A stretch of 64,000 bases of DNA from NCBI GenBank assembly GCA_964106915.2, contig OZ066915.1. One strand, 5' to 3'. A program made the translations under genes and the position numbers. Positions 1 to 11,020 of the stretch are shown piece by piece (position 1 is the first letter of the stretch; each line of letters starts with the position of its first letter). Source of the DNA: Podarcis gaigeae (Eukaryota). A model generated the notes under the pieces. It did not search any database. It was not told the origin of the DNA and worked only from the letters and a program-made list of their open reading frames with translations.

Positions 1-412
1 TGTTCATAAACTAAGCTGTTCTTAAACCAAGGTACCACCGTACTGGCTTCAGCTGGCAGGGCTGCCTACCATTGCGCAGGAAGGATCCTGACTTTTGATA
101 TTTCATTGTTATTGATTAATACATTTTCACTGATGTTGCTTATAAGTCACCTGCAAAGGTTATATCCTAGAAGGCAAGATATAAATACATAATATGAATA
201 AACAAATAAACAAAATCATATTCTAAGTATACAATGTTCTACTTGAACACAAAACTATTTGTTTATTATAGAGATTATAGAGACTGGTTGACTAGCAGAT
301 AAAAAGCATAATTTTGAATCAGGGCAAGGACCTTGTAATTATATGATTTGCTAATTTTAAACACACTTTGATTTACACTTGACTACATGAAACATCTTTC
401 TTTTCAGGTTAC

Positions 413-541
413 CTGAACAATGGTGAATCCAGATCTGAGAATTATATCTTCTATTTCTTCTTCTTTGTTGATGATATCTGGTTTAATGATTGCTAGGGTT
501 CTTTCAACATAAATCTGAGGATCGGGCATTAATGCCTGCAT
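413..541 (-). CDS. NME5: NME5 (NDP kinase homolog 5, radial spoke protein), first coding exon; gene continues off the left edge
   Basis: Minus-strand ATG at 541 gives MQALMPDPQIYVERTLAIIKPDIINKEEEIEDIILRSGFTIVQ (129 nt), ending at CAG|GTAA at 413. The acceptor TTTCAG is at 575-580, so the exon spans 413-574. This matches the NME5 N-terminus as recalled (MEISMPPPQIYVEKTLAIIKPDIVDKEEEIQDIILRSGFTIVQ). Confidence 0.93.
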
Positions 542-756
542 CTTGGCAATTAAAATCCAAGTCCTCTTCTCTCACTGAAATGATAACATATGTTAAGGCC
601 ACTACATTTTTCTCTCTAGCCAGGAGGGTGAATTAATATTCATCTGGCCACTTCAGGGTAATTACAGCACTCCCAAAATTACATTCTCCTCCACCAACCA
701 GTCTGAACACAAAACCCAATCCTATGTGTGCATTTTACTTGGAAGTAAGCCCTGCT

Positions 757-1109
757 GGAGGAGACTCTTGAGAGTCCCATGGACTGCAAGAAGATCAAAC
801 CGATCCATTCTGAAGGAAATCAGCCCTGAGTGCTCACTGGAAGGACAGATCCTGAAGCTGAGACTCCAATACTTTGGCCACCTCATGAGAAGAAAAGACT
901 CCCTGGAAAAGACCCTGATGTTGGGAAAGACTGAGGGCACAAGGAGAAGGGGGAGGCAGAGGACGAGATGGTTGGACAGTGTTCTCGAAGCTACGAACAT
1001 GAGTTTGATCAAACTGCGGGAGGCAGTGGAAGACAGAAGTAAGTGCCTGGCGTGCTCTGGTCCATGGGGTCACGAAGAGTCGGACACGACTAAACGACTA
1101 AACAACAAC
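757..1109 (+). mobile_element. 5'-truncated BovB (RTE-clade LINE) 3' end with target-site duplication
   Basis: The translation CWRRLLRVPWTARRSNRSILKEISPECSLEGQILKLRLQYFGHLMRR...GRQRTRWLD is the characteristic BovB ORF C-terminus. The element has a (CAA)n tail and the direct repeat AAGCCCTGCT at 747-756 and 1110-1119. Confidence 0.92.
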
Positions 1110-1405
1110 AAGCCCTGCTCAATCCCAGCAAAATAGGTCTGGGGCTCCTGCCTCAATGCTGCCGCTCTTTTAATAGTTTTGTGAGCAGCTGCTTAACAGC
1201 CAGAGACCACCCGGCTCCCCTTGCCGAGTTACAGAGCTGCAAAAAAAGGGGTCGCCAGCAGTTAACTTGCAATCTTACTCGCCTCTGTGCATAACAAGCT
1301 GCCCATTGTAGATCCAGACCCAATCCTATGCATGCTCACTTGGGAATAAATCCCGCTATATTGGGGGCAGAGCGGGGCTACTTCTTGGTTACCATACGCA
1401 AGATT

Positions 1406-1407
<2 letters not shown>

Positions 1408-1438
<31 letters not shown>
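1408..1438. repeat. (TC)n microsatellite
   Basis: Direct reading of the sequence. Confidence 0.95.
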
Positions 1439-1440
<2 letters not shown>

Positions 1441-1459
1441 TTGTCCCCTCTTCCCCTAG

Positions 1460-1910
1460 CGGTCGTCGCGCCCATCGTTGCTCCTCCAAGCTGCCTGGAC
1501 CCGTCCATTGTGAGAACAAGGTTGCAACCCGCCCCTCCTCTGGTCACCCTGCCCCGAGGGCCAAAATGAGCAAGCTGGATGATCTCACCCCGTTATGAGG
1601 TCCCAGAGTCCCTCCTCCTCCTTCATGCAGACGTCACTCCGACCCGCGAGAAGTCCCCTCTACGCGCTGACTGATTAGCCCAAGGAACCCCAGGCTCGGT
1701 TGCCGGGCAACGGAAGAAACCCAAGCTAAAGCCAGCACCTACGGCGGCCGACAAGGCCAGTTTGCGTCGTTCTCCTTTGACAGGCAAATGTGGTTGGAGC
1801 GACGGGCGGCCGGCCGGCCGTAACGGATGGAAGGTCTGGGCGAGTGGGATCAGTATCTGCTTAGTACGGCCGCGTTTGTAAGAACTCGATCGTTTAGCGT
1901 GGGGGCCCCG
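1460..1910 (-). promoter_or_regulatory. CpG-rich NME5 promoter / non-coding exon 1 with RFX X-box
   Basis: Local CpG enrichment. Near-palindromic X-box GTTGCCGGGCAAC at 1699-1711 followed by ETS-like CGGAAG, a CRE-like GACGTCA at 1630-1636, and a candidate minus-strand donor GTGAG at 1584-1588. Confidence 0.7.
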
Positions 1911-2035
1911 AAATTTTGAAACTCCCTGCCAGGGTTTTTCCAATGTGTTCTTTTTCGAAGCCATCGTTATTTAGACAAGTTTGCACAGATGTTTAGAAAA
2001 TTTGTATGGGTTTTAATTTGTTTTAGCCCATTCTG

Positions 2036-2124
2036 CTGCTCCCTCGGCCAATAAAGCGAGATGAGCGTCGCAACCCCAGAGTCGTCCGCGACTGGACCTA
2101 ATGATCAGGGGTCCCTTTACCTTT
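2036..2124 (+). mobile_element. Sauria SINE 3' fragment
   Basis: Ends in the CAGGGGTCCCTTTACCTTT tail and is the reverse complement of 2226-2315. Confidence 0.8.
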
Positions 2125-2225
2125 AGCTATTGCTTTCTGCATGTTTTAAATTATGGTTGTAGTGATAATTTTTTGGTAAACCACTTGCAGGTAGTCCCCC
2201 CCCCCCCTACAATCAGTCGGTATAC

Positions 2226-2538
2226 AAAGGTAAAGGGACCCCTGACCATTAGGTCCAGTCGTGACCGACTCTGGGATTGCGGAGCTCATCTCGCTTTATT
2301 GGCTGAGGGAGCCAGCATACAGCTTCCGGGTCATGTGGCCAGCATGACTAAGCTGCTTCTGGCGAACCAAAGCAGCGCACAGAAACACCATTTACCTTCC
2401 CAACGGAGCGGTACCTATTTATCTACTTGCACTTTGACGTGCCTTCGAACTGCTAGGTGGGCAGGAGCTGGGACCGAGCTACGGGAGCTCACCCCGTCCC
2501 GGGGATTCAAACCACCGACCTTCTGATCGACAAGTCCT
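2226..2538 (-). mobile_element. Sauria SINE, near full length
   Basis: Shares the core AAGTGCAAGTAGATAAATAGGTACCGC and the ACCTTT tail with the copies at 8529, 24217 and 42475. Confidence 0.88.
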
Positions 2539-2579
2539 TTTTGTGAAATAATAATGAAATAGGTAACCGCAACATCGGT

Positions 2580-2735
2580 ATGCAAAGGTCCTTGCTGTTC
2601 AGACCAAGCAGGGCTGCTGGGAGAGATCCCTGCCTGCAGACCCTGGAGAGGTGCTGCCTTTCAATGTAGACAATATAGCACTGAGCTAGATGGCCCCAAT
2701 GGTCTGATGCGGTATAAGGCAGTTCCTCAGGATCC
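2580..2735 (+). mobile_element. Old tRNA-derived SINE fragment with CR1-like tail
   Basis: CCCTGGAGAG..GCTG...GTAGACAAT...GAGCTAGATGG...GGTATAAGGCAGTTCCT, similar to 3700-3855. Confidence 0.5.
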
Positions 2736-2796
2736 TAACAGCTGCAACAACAATAGTCCATGTACATGGCACTTTATAAACAATGAGAGCATAGAT

Positions 2797-2907
2797 CAGT
2801 CTTCCTCAACCTTTGGCCTACAACTCCCATGATCCCTAGCTAGCAGGTCAGGGATGATGGGAATTGTAGTCTCAAAACATCTGGCGGGCCGAGGTTGAGG
2901 AAGCATG
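2797..2907. mobile_element. hAT-type MITE with 8-bp TSD
   Basis: Termini CAGTCTTCCTCAACCT / AGGTTGAGGAAGCATG, internal CTACAACTCCC..GGGAATTGTAG hairpin, and a perfect TSD GCATAGAT at 2789-2796 and 2908-2915. Confidence 0.85.
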
Positions 2908-3699
2908 GCATAGATCCTTGTCCCTAGTGTGTATGCAGCCTAAGCTTTGTTTTCTTTCTGTCTGTTTAAAGTTTTTTTTTTACCCTGTTCTTCAGCTGAA
3001 AAAAGGCTGCCAGAACAACATATTAATTATATATCACTTTTCATCACCAAGTGACCCCAAAGCAGTTTGCATTTTAAAAACATTCGATACATTTATATGG
3101 GGCTTAATTATTTTATTTGCATTTCTAAGTGGTGCACGTAAAAAAAATAATCCATGGAAAATGGGAAAATAAAGCAGTTAAAATATCATCATCAAATACT
3201 ACCTGTTCATAATATTAGTAATAATATTAGTAATAAGAGTCCCTGCTCTCAGTCTTGCAGTCTGACAGCAAAAGGAAAAGGGAGGAGACACTGGGAGCAG
3301 GGAAGCAAGTTTAGGCACTTTTTTATTACAGAATTATGGTGGCCATGTGTCCTTCAAATGGAGGGCAGTCCTCTATTTGAAGGTGTCTTTTTTTTTGAGG
3401 TGGCGTTCGGTCCAAGCCTAGTGTAATGAGCCATAAAAAGGGAAATTAACAGTTCAACATTTAGCACTTGGACAGCAGAATAAGCTGTCAGATCACCTGG
3501 CACACAGCTCTAATCATAGCCTTCCTCACAATGGTGAGATGTGCTGTATTTATAGTTAAATTAATCATTTCTAAATTTGCATCTATTACTATAAATTAGT
3601 ACTGTATATGCAATTTTAATGCAAACATATGTTCCTCTTTTGTACTTTTTGGTTATTCATTCCTCTTTTTTGGCATTGCATATAAGTGACCACTCTATA

Positions 3700-3855
3700 C
3701 AACACCACAGCTCAGTTGTAGAGCATCTCTCTTACATGCAGGAAGGTCCCAAATTCAATCCCCAGCATCTTCAGGTGGGGCTAGAAAAAGCCTGTGCGCC
3801 AAACCCTGGAGAGATGCTGTCAGTCAGAGTAGACAAGTCAGTGAGATGGACAGTT
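3700..3855 (+). mobile_element. Degenerate tRNA-derived SINE
   Basis: A-box-like AGCTCAGTTGTAGAGC and B-box-like TTCAATCCC, followed by a body matching 2630-2700. Confidence 0.55.
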
Positions 3856-4054
3856 GCTTTTGTAGAGTTCTTGTAGTGACCAGCTGGAATGTAAAGAGCT
3901 CAAGGAAAGGGGGAGCCTAAAGTTGCTGGCCTTTCAGTAGAGCAAATGAAGATGTTCTGCAGTCCCATCTCTGTCTTATAGCTGTGTATAAGTTATCCTG
4001 TTGTGAATACCAGATGCTGATAGTTCTAGCTGAATTATGTTTTATCTGTTTACC

Positions 4055-4305
4055 ATGTTTTGTCCGTGCTCAGGCCTGAGTCCAGGAGCATGCCCAAACT
4101 ATAAACCTGTGACTTCAGGTGGAGTGTTACTCCCATCCAGCACATGCTGGATTCTTTGTTCTGCTTTCCAGCTGACCATAGCACTTCTGTCTTATCTGGA
4201 TTAAGTTGCAGTTTGTTCACCTTCATCCATTCCATTACTGATGTTGGACACCAGTTTAGAACCAAGACAGCTTTCTTGGATTTAGGAGCTGGGTGTCATT
4301 AGCAT
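4055..4305 (-). mobile_element. L2/CR1-group LINE reverse-transcriptase fragment
   Basis: Minus-strand translation contains a degenerate (Y)ADDTQL motif and WMKVNKLQLNPDKTEVLW...VYSLGMLLDSGLS. Confidence 0.75.
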
Positions 4306-5599
4306 TTTCATGTGAATGTTAAATAGTATGGGGACAGAACAGAACCCTGAGGGACCCTGCAGGCCAACAAGCAAGGTGTTGAACATGTCTGTGGGAAGCC
4401 ACAAGCAGGATCTGAGCACAGTATCTCTCTCTCTGCAGTTTCTAGCAACTGGTATTCAGAATTCTACAACTCTGTCTCTAACGGTGGAGGTAGAACATAG
4501 TTATTGTGGCTGGTAGCCACTGATAGCCTTTGTCTCAATCTCTTTTAAAACCAAATAAGGTGATGTTCATTACTGCCTCTTATGGGAGACAATTAGTTTA
4601 ACGAAGTGCTGTGTGTTTATTGTCTACAACATTGTGGTATTACTGGATTGTTGTTTTTTTACTTTGAGATCCATTTCAAGAGTGCTGAGGCTAGAAAGAT
4701 GGATTGATTTTTTGTTTAAATAGCAAACCAAAGGCTGCACACTTGGGCACACTAACTTCAGAACTGAGTTCAATGGGGCTTACTCCCAGGTAAGTGGCAT
4801 AGGACTGCATATTGAGCATGTCATTTGTCTGTTACAGCCCAAAACTTGCACATACTTACCGTACTTGAAAGTAACTTATATAAAGATAAAGGGGAGCTAC
4901 TCCCTAGTAATTGTGCATGAGGGATTGTAGCCTTCAGAATTTTTTGTTTTTGCAAAAAGTAAATCCCAAGTTCAATATACAACTGAACTTGCTTCCAAGT
5001 AAATGTGCATAGGATTGCGGTCTTGCTTACCAGCAATTGAAAATTATCTAAATGTACATCTCATTACAAGAGGGCATATCCTCTAACATTTGGCCCACAA
5101 GGATATTTATACAATTCCTCCTTGCAGCCAGAAGAAACAGGAAGTGGTTGGGACATCTATGTTCCGTACTGATCTGTCAGATGCCTTAATTTATACTAAT
5201 CTAATAAGCAGTTAACTGCATACCATGTATTCCATTGTTTCACAGACTATTCCAAATTATGTTTACTCAGCAGTGATACTGATTTCAGTGGAACGTATTT
5301 CCCAGTAAGTTATTTATTGTCCCATCAGCCACAGATTTTCTCCATAAAAACAAGTATTGACATATTGCATACTACTGGCAAAGTATTTGTCACAATCTGA
5401 AGCTCAATTTTAATTTTGGCCATACAAGTCACAGGGAGACATTGATTTTTGGAGAGAATGTAAAGCCACTGCAGTCAGATGAAAACATTTTGTCCCTTTC
5501 CCCAAAATTGGTATCACTAAAGAACCAGTTGCCTCTTCCCTAGCCAGCTAACCTCAGTTATAATTTGACAGGTTTTTAGAAAAAAGGGCTTGAAGCTAA

Positions 5600-6115
5600 C
5601 ATAGGCGCCGACTCCATGGGGCCTGAGGGGGCCCGAGCCCCCTCAAAAATTCGTTTGGGGGGGCTCTGCCCCCCCAATAATTTAAGAAAATTATTAGTTA
5701 TATTATGCTTTGTAAAATCACAAAATTATGTTGGTATTTTTTATTTTCCTTGTTTGACGATAGTTACCTTTTAAAATACATTCAGTAATGAGTTAAAACA
5801 AAGCCACTCCCGATGTAGAGAGGGGGTGGGGTTGCGGGCTCTCGACCCATCAACAATCTCGTGGGGCTGGCGTCAGCCCCGCAAGAAGCGGGGATTCCCC
5901 CTAGCTCATTAATATTCACCGCCCACGGCGGCAGCCAATCGGCTGCCGCAAAGGGCGGGCCCTCACAGGTTCACTTAAGGTCGGGGCAGCCCGGGGCTCG
6001 CCCCTTTCGTTCCCCCAGCAGCAGCGGTTTGGAGGTCTTGGGCCCCCCCAATATTTTTTATAAGTCGGTATGGGCCCCCGCCCCCCCCAATATTTTTTAT
6101 AAATCGGCGCCCCTG
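5600..6115. mobile_element. 516-bp non-autonomous hAT-like DNA transposon
   Basis: TIRs CATAGGCGCCGA / TCGGCGCCCCTG, perfect 8-bp TSD GAAGCTAA (5592-5599, 6116-6123), and subterminal repeats CCCCCCAATATTTTTTATAA(G/A)TCGG. Confidence 0.85.
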
Positions 6116-6686
6116 GAAGCTAACAAGCAGTTTAACTGAATGAGCTTGCCTTGCACTAACATTCTAATTAATATGCTTACACATATTTCAGAATAGTCTA
6201 ACAGGAATATTTCTTTGAAGTGCTATTCTTTGCATACACACATTCTTCATGTCCATTGTTCTTTGCTTCCTTACCAGTTCTACAGCAAATATAGATTTGC
6301 TCACAGCAGGACACCTACCTGTGAAAAAGTGGGAGACAGGAAAGTCTTGCTGAGTTGATGGCTGCAGATGCTGTTTGCAGCAGAGACACCCCCTCCCCCT
6401 TAGGGCTAAATCAATAGAACCTGGAGTCCTGCGTAGTTTCTGGCTTTGTGGAGACAATATGTTATGAGAAAGATGTTAGGCTGACTGAAGGAAATAAGAG
6501 CAGGAAAGGAGGACAGGGCAGGGCAGGCTATGAGGTGTGAGAAAAATAAAACAGGGATAAGAATGGCTTTTCTGAGGCAGAATAATAATTATTTGTTTAT
6601 TTTCAAAGCGGAGCCCAAGTGCTCTTCAAAATGTTTTATATGGGCTATAAGCATGTTATGTGTGAAAGCATTTTATATATGTAACA

Positions 6687-7145
6687 TTTGACCTACTCAC
6701 GTCAAAAGGACTTCACATTGCTCAACAAGATAGAACGCTCACTTAAGCTTCACAATATGATTGTTTTCTTCAATGAGAACATGTGTGGCACCATCCAATA
6801 TGATGGCTCATCCTCAGATGCCTTGCCTATAAAGAGCAGTGTGAAACAGGGCTGTGTTCTCACCTCAACTCTCTTTGGCATATTCTTCTCCCTGGTGCTC
6901 TCATATGCCTTCACCTTGACTGAAGACGGGGTGTACTTTCAATTAAGGAGCGACGGGGGTCTGCTCAACCTGACATGTCTCCATGCCAATATGAAAGTGT
7001 GGCAGGTCCTTATCCAAGATGTTGTTTGCAGATGACACAGCCTTGACAGCGCACTCCAAGGAAGCTGTACAGAGACTCATCAACCATTTTGCCGAATATT
7101 GCATGAAACCGAAGCCTGATGAAGATCAGCATCCTGGGCCAAGAT
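6687..7145 (+). mobile_element. RTE-clade LINE reverse-transcriptase fragment (degenerate)
   Basis: SSDALPIKSSVKQGCVLTSTLFGIFFS, then a frameshifted LFADDTALTAHS..VQRLI (RT YADD-equivalent). Confidence 0.8.
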
Positions 7146-8431
7146 AAATAGTTGCAGGCTACCTCAGTCTCAGCCAAGCGGTACACAAGATTCCAGAGAT
7201 GCTGGCACTTAACCAGGGTTTATGTTTACTTTAGAAAATTAAAGCACAACCAAGGCTATAGTGTATTATGAATTACGGTTTATTTACACATATTTACAAC
7301 CTGAATCCTTCAATGGAAGGGTGCAGAACATTACACCTCAAGAGTGTCTTTTGTTGCTTCCTCAACTTCAGTAAGCTTGAGTCCATGGCAGAAACCAGCC
7401 ATGCTGGCAGGGAGATACCTGGGGAATGGCTATGTTAGCGCTAAAATCACACCACTCCACTCTGGTTCGGAGTAGCCATGAGTCTGTTTGCCCAACCATG
7501 CACTCCCTGGGCTGTTCCTCCACTGCTCTGAGCAGTCAACATCTCCATGCCAAGGGTGCAAGGGGACAGGGAAAGGGGTGCCAATACAGTTCCTTGCCAA
7601 GCACCTCTGTTCCTGGTCTCCTGGTGCAGCCTATTGCCACCTGTCACTATGGCAACTTCAGTTTCAAAAACCTGCTGCAAAAGGCACTTTTTCCTGTGAT
7701 GACACCACACCCTCTGCAACTGGTTCACAAATTTAGTTATCTTCCCTTGAAGGGCTAGTGACTGGATATCAGCACCATTGTTTCTTCAATGGCCCACCCA
7801 TGGCTAGCTACCACCAACCTGGCCTCATGAGGAAGTTAACTTGCTAAATTAAATAATTTATCAGTTTGCTCACCTTTTACTGAATCTAGGGATTTGGGAG
7901 GTCTTGCCACCCCATCTCCCAACATAGAGAAACATTATTTTATAATAGAGTGACATAGCTGATAATGCTGGCAAAGAAGAAATTCCTAGAATAAAGATAT
8001 GCTTTATTCTGCTCCTTAGAGAGGCAACTGTGCTGAGATAGGATTCCCCAATTCTTTGGATGTATTAATGCTTGTGTTAACCTAAGGGTGCGTGCCTTTA
8101 GGGGTAGTCTGCCCTCTTAGTGGCACAGAATGTAGTGTATGTAAAAAGGAATGGCCCTGTCAGCATGGAAAGGGAAAAGAAGGCACTTCAGGACCCCACT
8201 ACCCCTCTTTATTCGATGTGTTCCTTCACAGGATATAAGCCCGAAAGGCCAAAGAAAGCTAATCCAAGTTGCAGCTACCTCTGTTGCTTGGGCAGCCAAG
8301 TGGCTTGCTAGAATCAGACAGCTGCATCCACTCATTTGCCCCCCGCCCCCATCGTGTCTAGTTCTCAGGTGAGGAGTCTCAATCCCCACAGCGACATGGG
8401 GGGAGGAAGCAGCAGTGGCTCATCCTAGCAG

Positions 8432-9159
8432 CAGACCCTCCAAGTGTCCTTATTTTCCAGGGACATCCCTGATTCAGAGAAGCCGTCCCGGTTTCTGATT
8501 TGATCCCGGAATGCCCCACTTTCCCTTAAAGGTATAGGTAACAGTACCCCTGCCCGTACTGGCCAGTTGTGTCCGACTCTAGGGTTGCGCGCTCATCTCG
8601 CTCAAGAGGCCGGGAGCCGGCGCCGTCCGAAGACACTTCCGGGTCACGTGGCCAGTGTGACGAAGCTGCAGCTGGCGAGCCAGCACCAGCACCGCACACG
8701 GAAATGCCATTTACCTTCCCGCTATAAAGCGGTACCTATTTATCTACTTGCACTTAGGGGTGCTTTCAAACTGCTAGGTGGGCAAGAGCTGGGACCAAAC
8801 GACGGGAGCTCACCCCGCCGCGGGGATTCGAACCGCCGACCTTACGATCAGCAAGTCCTAGGCACTGAGGTTTTACCCACAGTGCCACCCGCGTCCCCCC
8901 ACTTTTCCTTAGCATGTCCCTATTTTCATCGGAGAAATGTTGGAGGGTATGGCATTATCTGACCCCCGATACATTTGAAGGCAATCCTGTATAGGGAAGG
9001 ATTTTTTATGTTTAATGTTTTATTATGTTTTTATATATGTTGGAAGCTGCCCAGAGTGGCTGATGCAAACTCAGTAAGATGTGTGGGGTATAAATAGTTA
9101 AATTATCATTATGGAGTGGGGCGTCCCTGTTTTCATCGGGGAAATGTTGGAGGGTTATG
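8432..9159. mobile_element. TIR element with duplicated right end, interrupted by a Sauria SINE
   Basis: Left end CAGACCCTCCAA, right ends TTGGAGGGTATG (8940-8951) and TTGGAGGGTTATG (9147-9159). Flanked by TAGCAG at 8426-8431 and 9160-9165. Confidence 0.65.
8529..8896 (-). mobile_element. Full-length Sauria SINE
   Basis: tRNA-like head (GGGACGCGGGTGGC...GGTTCGAATCCCC), conserved core and ACCTTT tail. Near-perfect 15-bp TSD CCCCACTTT(C/T)CCTTA at 8514-8528 and 8897-8911. Confidence 0.9.
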
Positions 9160-9169
9160 TAGCAGTGAC

Positions 9170-11020
9170 CTCGTGCTTCTGGGCACTGCAGTGGGCCTCC
9201 CCAATCACCGGGCCATATTCAGAGAGCGAGCACAGCGGAGTGACAGCAGCCGCTCCGATCCCCGTTGCTCCCTTGCGTGGGGGGGGGGGAGAGAACGGGG
9301 GCAGCCGGCGTCTCCATTCCCTCAGGCTTCCGCTCTGGGCGGCGAAGCGGGCGGTTTTGGCCTGCTAGGGAAATGCGGTGGGGAGGCGCCGCTCGGGGCT
9401 GTGGGGGCTGGTTGCTGCCAGTGCCTCAGAGCAACCAACTATGCTTATTCGGGGATATTTGTGTTGAGAGATTAATAGTGCTTCCTCCCATACGGGAATA
9501 GGTGGTCTCAAGGGGAAGGGGGAGGACTCCTTCGCGCTCTCTGCCTTTTTAACTGTAAGGCCTTTAGGTTTCTATTTCGACATTCCCACAGGCTAGCCGC
9601 AGGCCTAGGCCAGGCCGCAGAGCTAGGAGTAGGAGGTGAAGAGAGCGCATGGGCCTACCCGCGACGTATGAGAAATGCCCTTCTATGCGGGTGCCTGCTG
9701 CGCTCGGCCAATGAGCGGGTGGCTTGCTGGAGGGTGCCTGCGCGGCCCCGAGGAGTCTATAAAAGGAAGCGGCGCGGGAACGTGCTTTTCCCCCTTCGGG
9801 TAGCGCCGAACTGCCGTGTCTGCTCGTCCGTCAGGAACTGCGCGGGAGGGGCGGAGCAGCGGCTGACGACTACGGCAGCAAGAGGCTCGTGAAACCGGAT
9901 CGCGGGGTCGCCTGAGATCGTGAGGGGAGCGGCTCTTTAAACGTGAGTTCCTAGAGCCCCCGAGAGGGGAAGGCGGGTGGTTGAGAGGCGGCTTGGGCAC
10001 CCGGAGAGGCGCCTTCCTTCCCCTTGCTAGGCCCCACTGACGGGAGGGCGGGGGACTTCCGTTGTTGTCGCTCGCGCAGGTTCGAGGCAGCGGCAGCATC
10101 GACCATGGCTGAGGTGGAGCACCAGTTCGGCGCCACCCAAAATGGGCACGAGGCTGCGGCGGCGGCGGCAGCAGCGGCCGAGGGTTCCGCCAGCGGCGGC
10201 GATGAGGAGCAGCAGCCGGACCAGCAGCTGGAGGAGGAGGAGGAAGAGGAGCTGGCGGCGGTGGCCGTAGCCGAGGAAGAAGAGGAGGAGGAGGAGGAGG
10301 CGGCGGCGGCGACGGAGGAAGAGGCGGCGGCGGGGCAGTCGGAGGCTTCGGCGGAGGCCGCTGGGAGCCAGAACGGAGCCGAAGGCGACCAGATCAACGC
10401 CAGCAAAAACGAGGAGGATGCGGGGTGAGTAGAGCTGCTTCCTAAATTTATCTTCAACTTTATTTTTCTGGTCGCGTCAGGCGGGCCGGGCCGTAGAAAT
10501 ATGGTCGGGATGACAGGCCCGAGGCCCTGTCGCTTCGCCTCAGCCCTGCGCGCCCTTTTCCTGTTTGGTGCGGGCTTTTGTTTGATTGTGGGTTTTTTTT
10601 GCACAAAGGGTAGCTGTTGCGCTATAGCGGGGCGGGGGCGCGCGCTTCGCTTCCTTCGCGACTTCGCTTTTGGGGCTGAAGCACACAATAAGCCGGGCCT
10701 GGGCTGCGACGGCGGGACCTCCTCCTTTGTTCTGGAGCTGCCTTTTGTTGGCGCCATGTGGTGGTGGGGGAGGGGCTGGGCGCATTTTTTTTTTGCTTTT
10801 CGGAGCTGCGGCGAGTTTTTCCTTGCGCGCTTTTTTTGGCGCGATCTCTTGGCGGTGTGTAGGGCCCGCGTAATAGGGTTGCAGATCTACAAAATTTGAA
10901 GAGATATCTCATCTCCCCCGCCCGCTTGCGTGCTTTCCTCAAATACACTGAGGAAATACGCTTCCTCTTGCCTCTTGACGGAAGTCGACGGTAGTTGGGT
11001 GAACCGCGGGACATTTTCCA
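9170..11020 (+). promoter_or_regulatory. HNRNPAB CpG island promoter (CCAAT 9708-9712, TATAAAA 9758-9764) with non-coding exon 1 and a 5'UTR intron at 9943-10079
   Basis: High CpG density and correctly spaced CCAAT and TATA boxes. Donor AC|GTGAGT at 9943, branch-like CACTGAC at 10035-10041, and acceptor CGCAG|G at 10079, 25 nt upstream of the ATG. Confidence 0.75.

Noticed and set aside
726-1136. 136-aa ORF as a host gene or novel horizontal transfer
   Set aside because: It is a truncated BovB 3' end, and BovB in squamates is already well documented.
7150-7925. Possible solo LTR following the RTE fragment
   Set aside because: Could not identify clear TG...CA termini or a TSD by eye.
9951-10757. 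268-aa minus-strand ORF and other overlapping ORFs in the CpG island
   Set aside because: Antisense shadows of the GC-rich, triplet-repeat HNRNPAB exon and its CpG island, with no recognisable domain.
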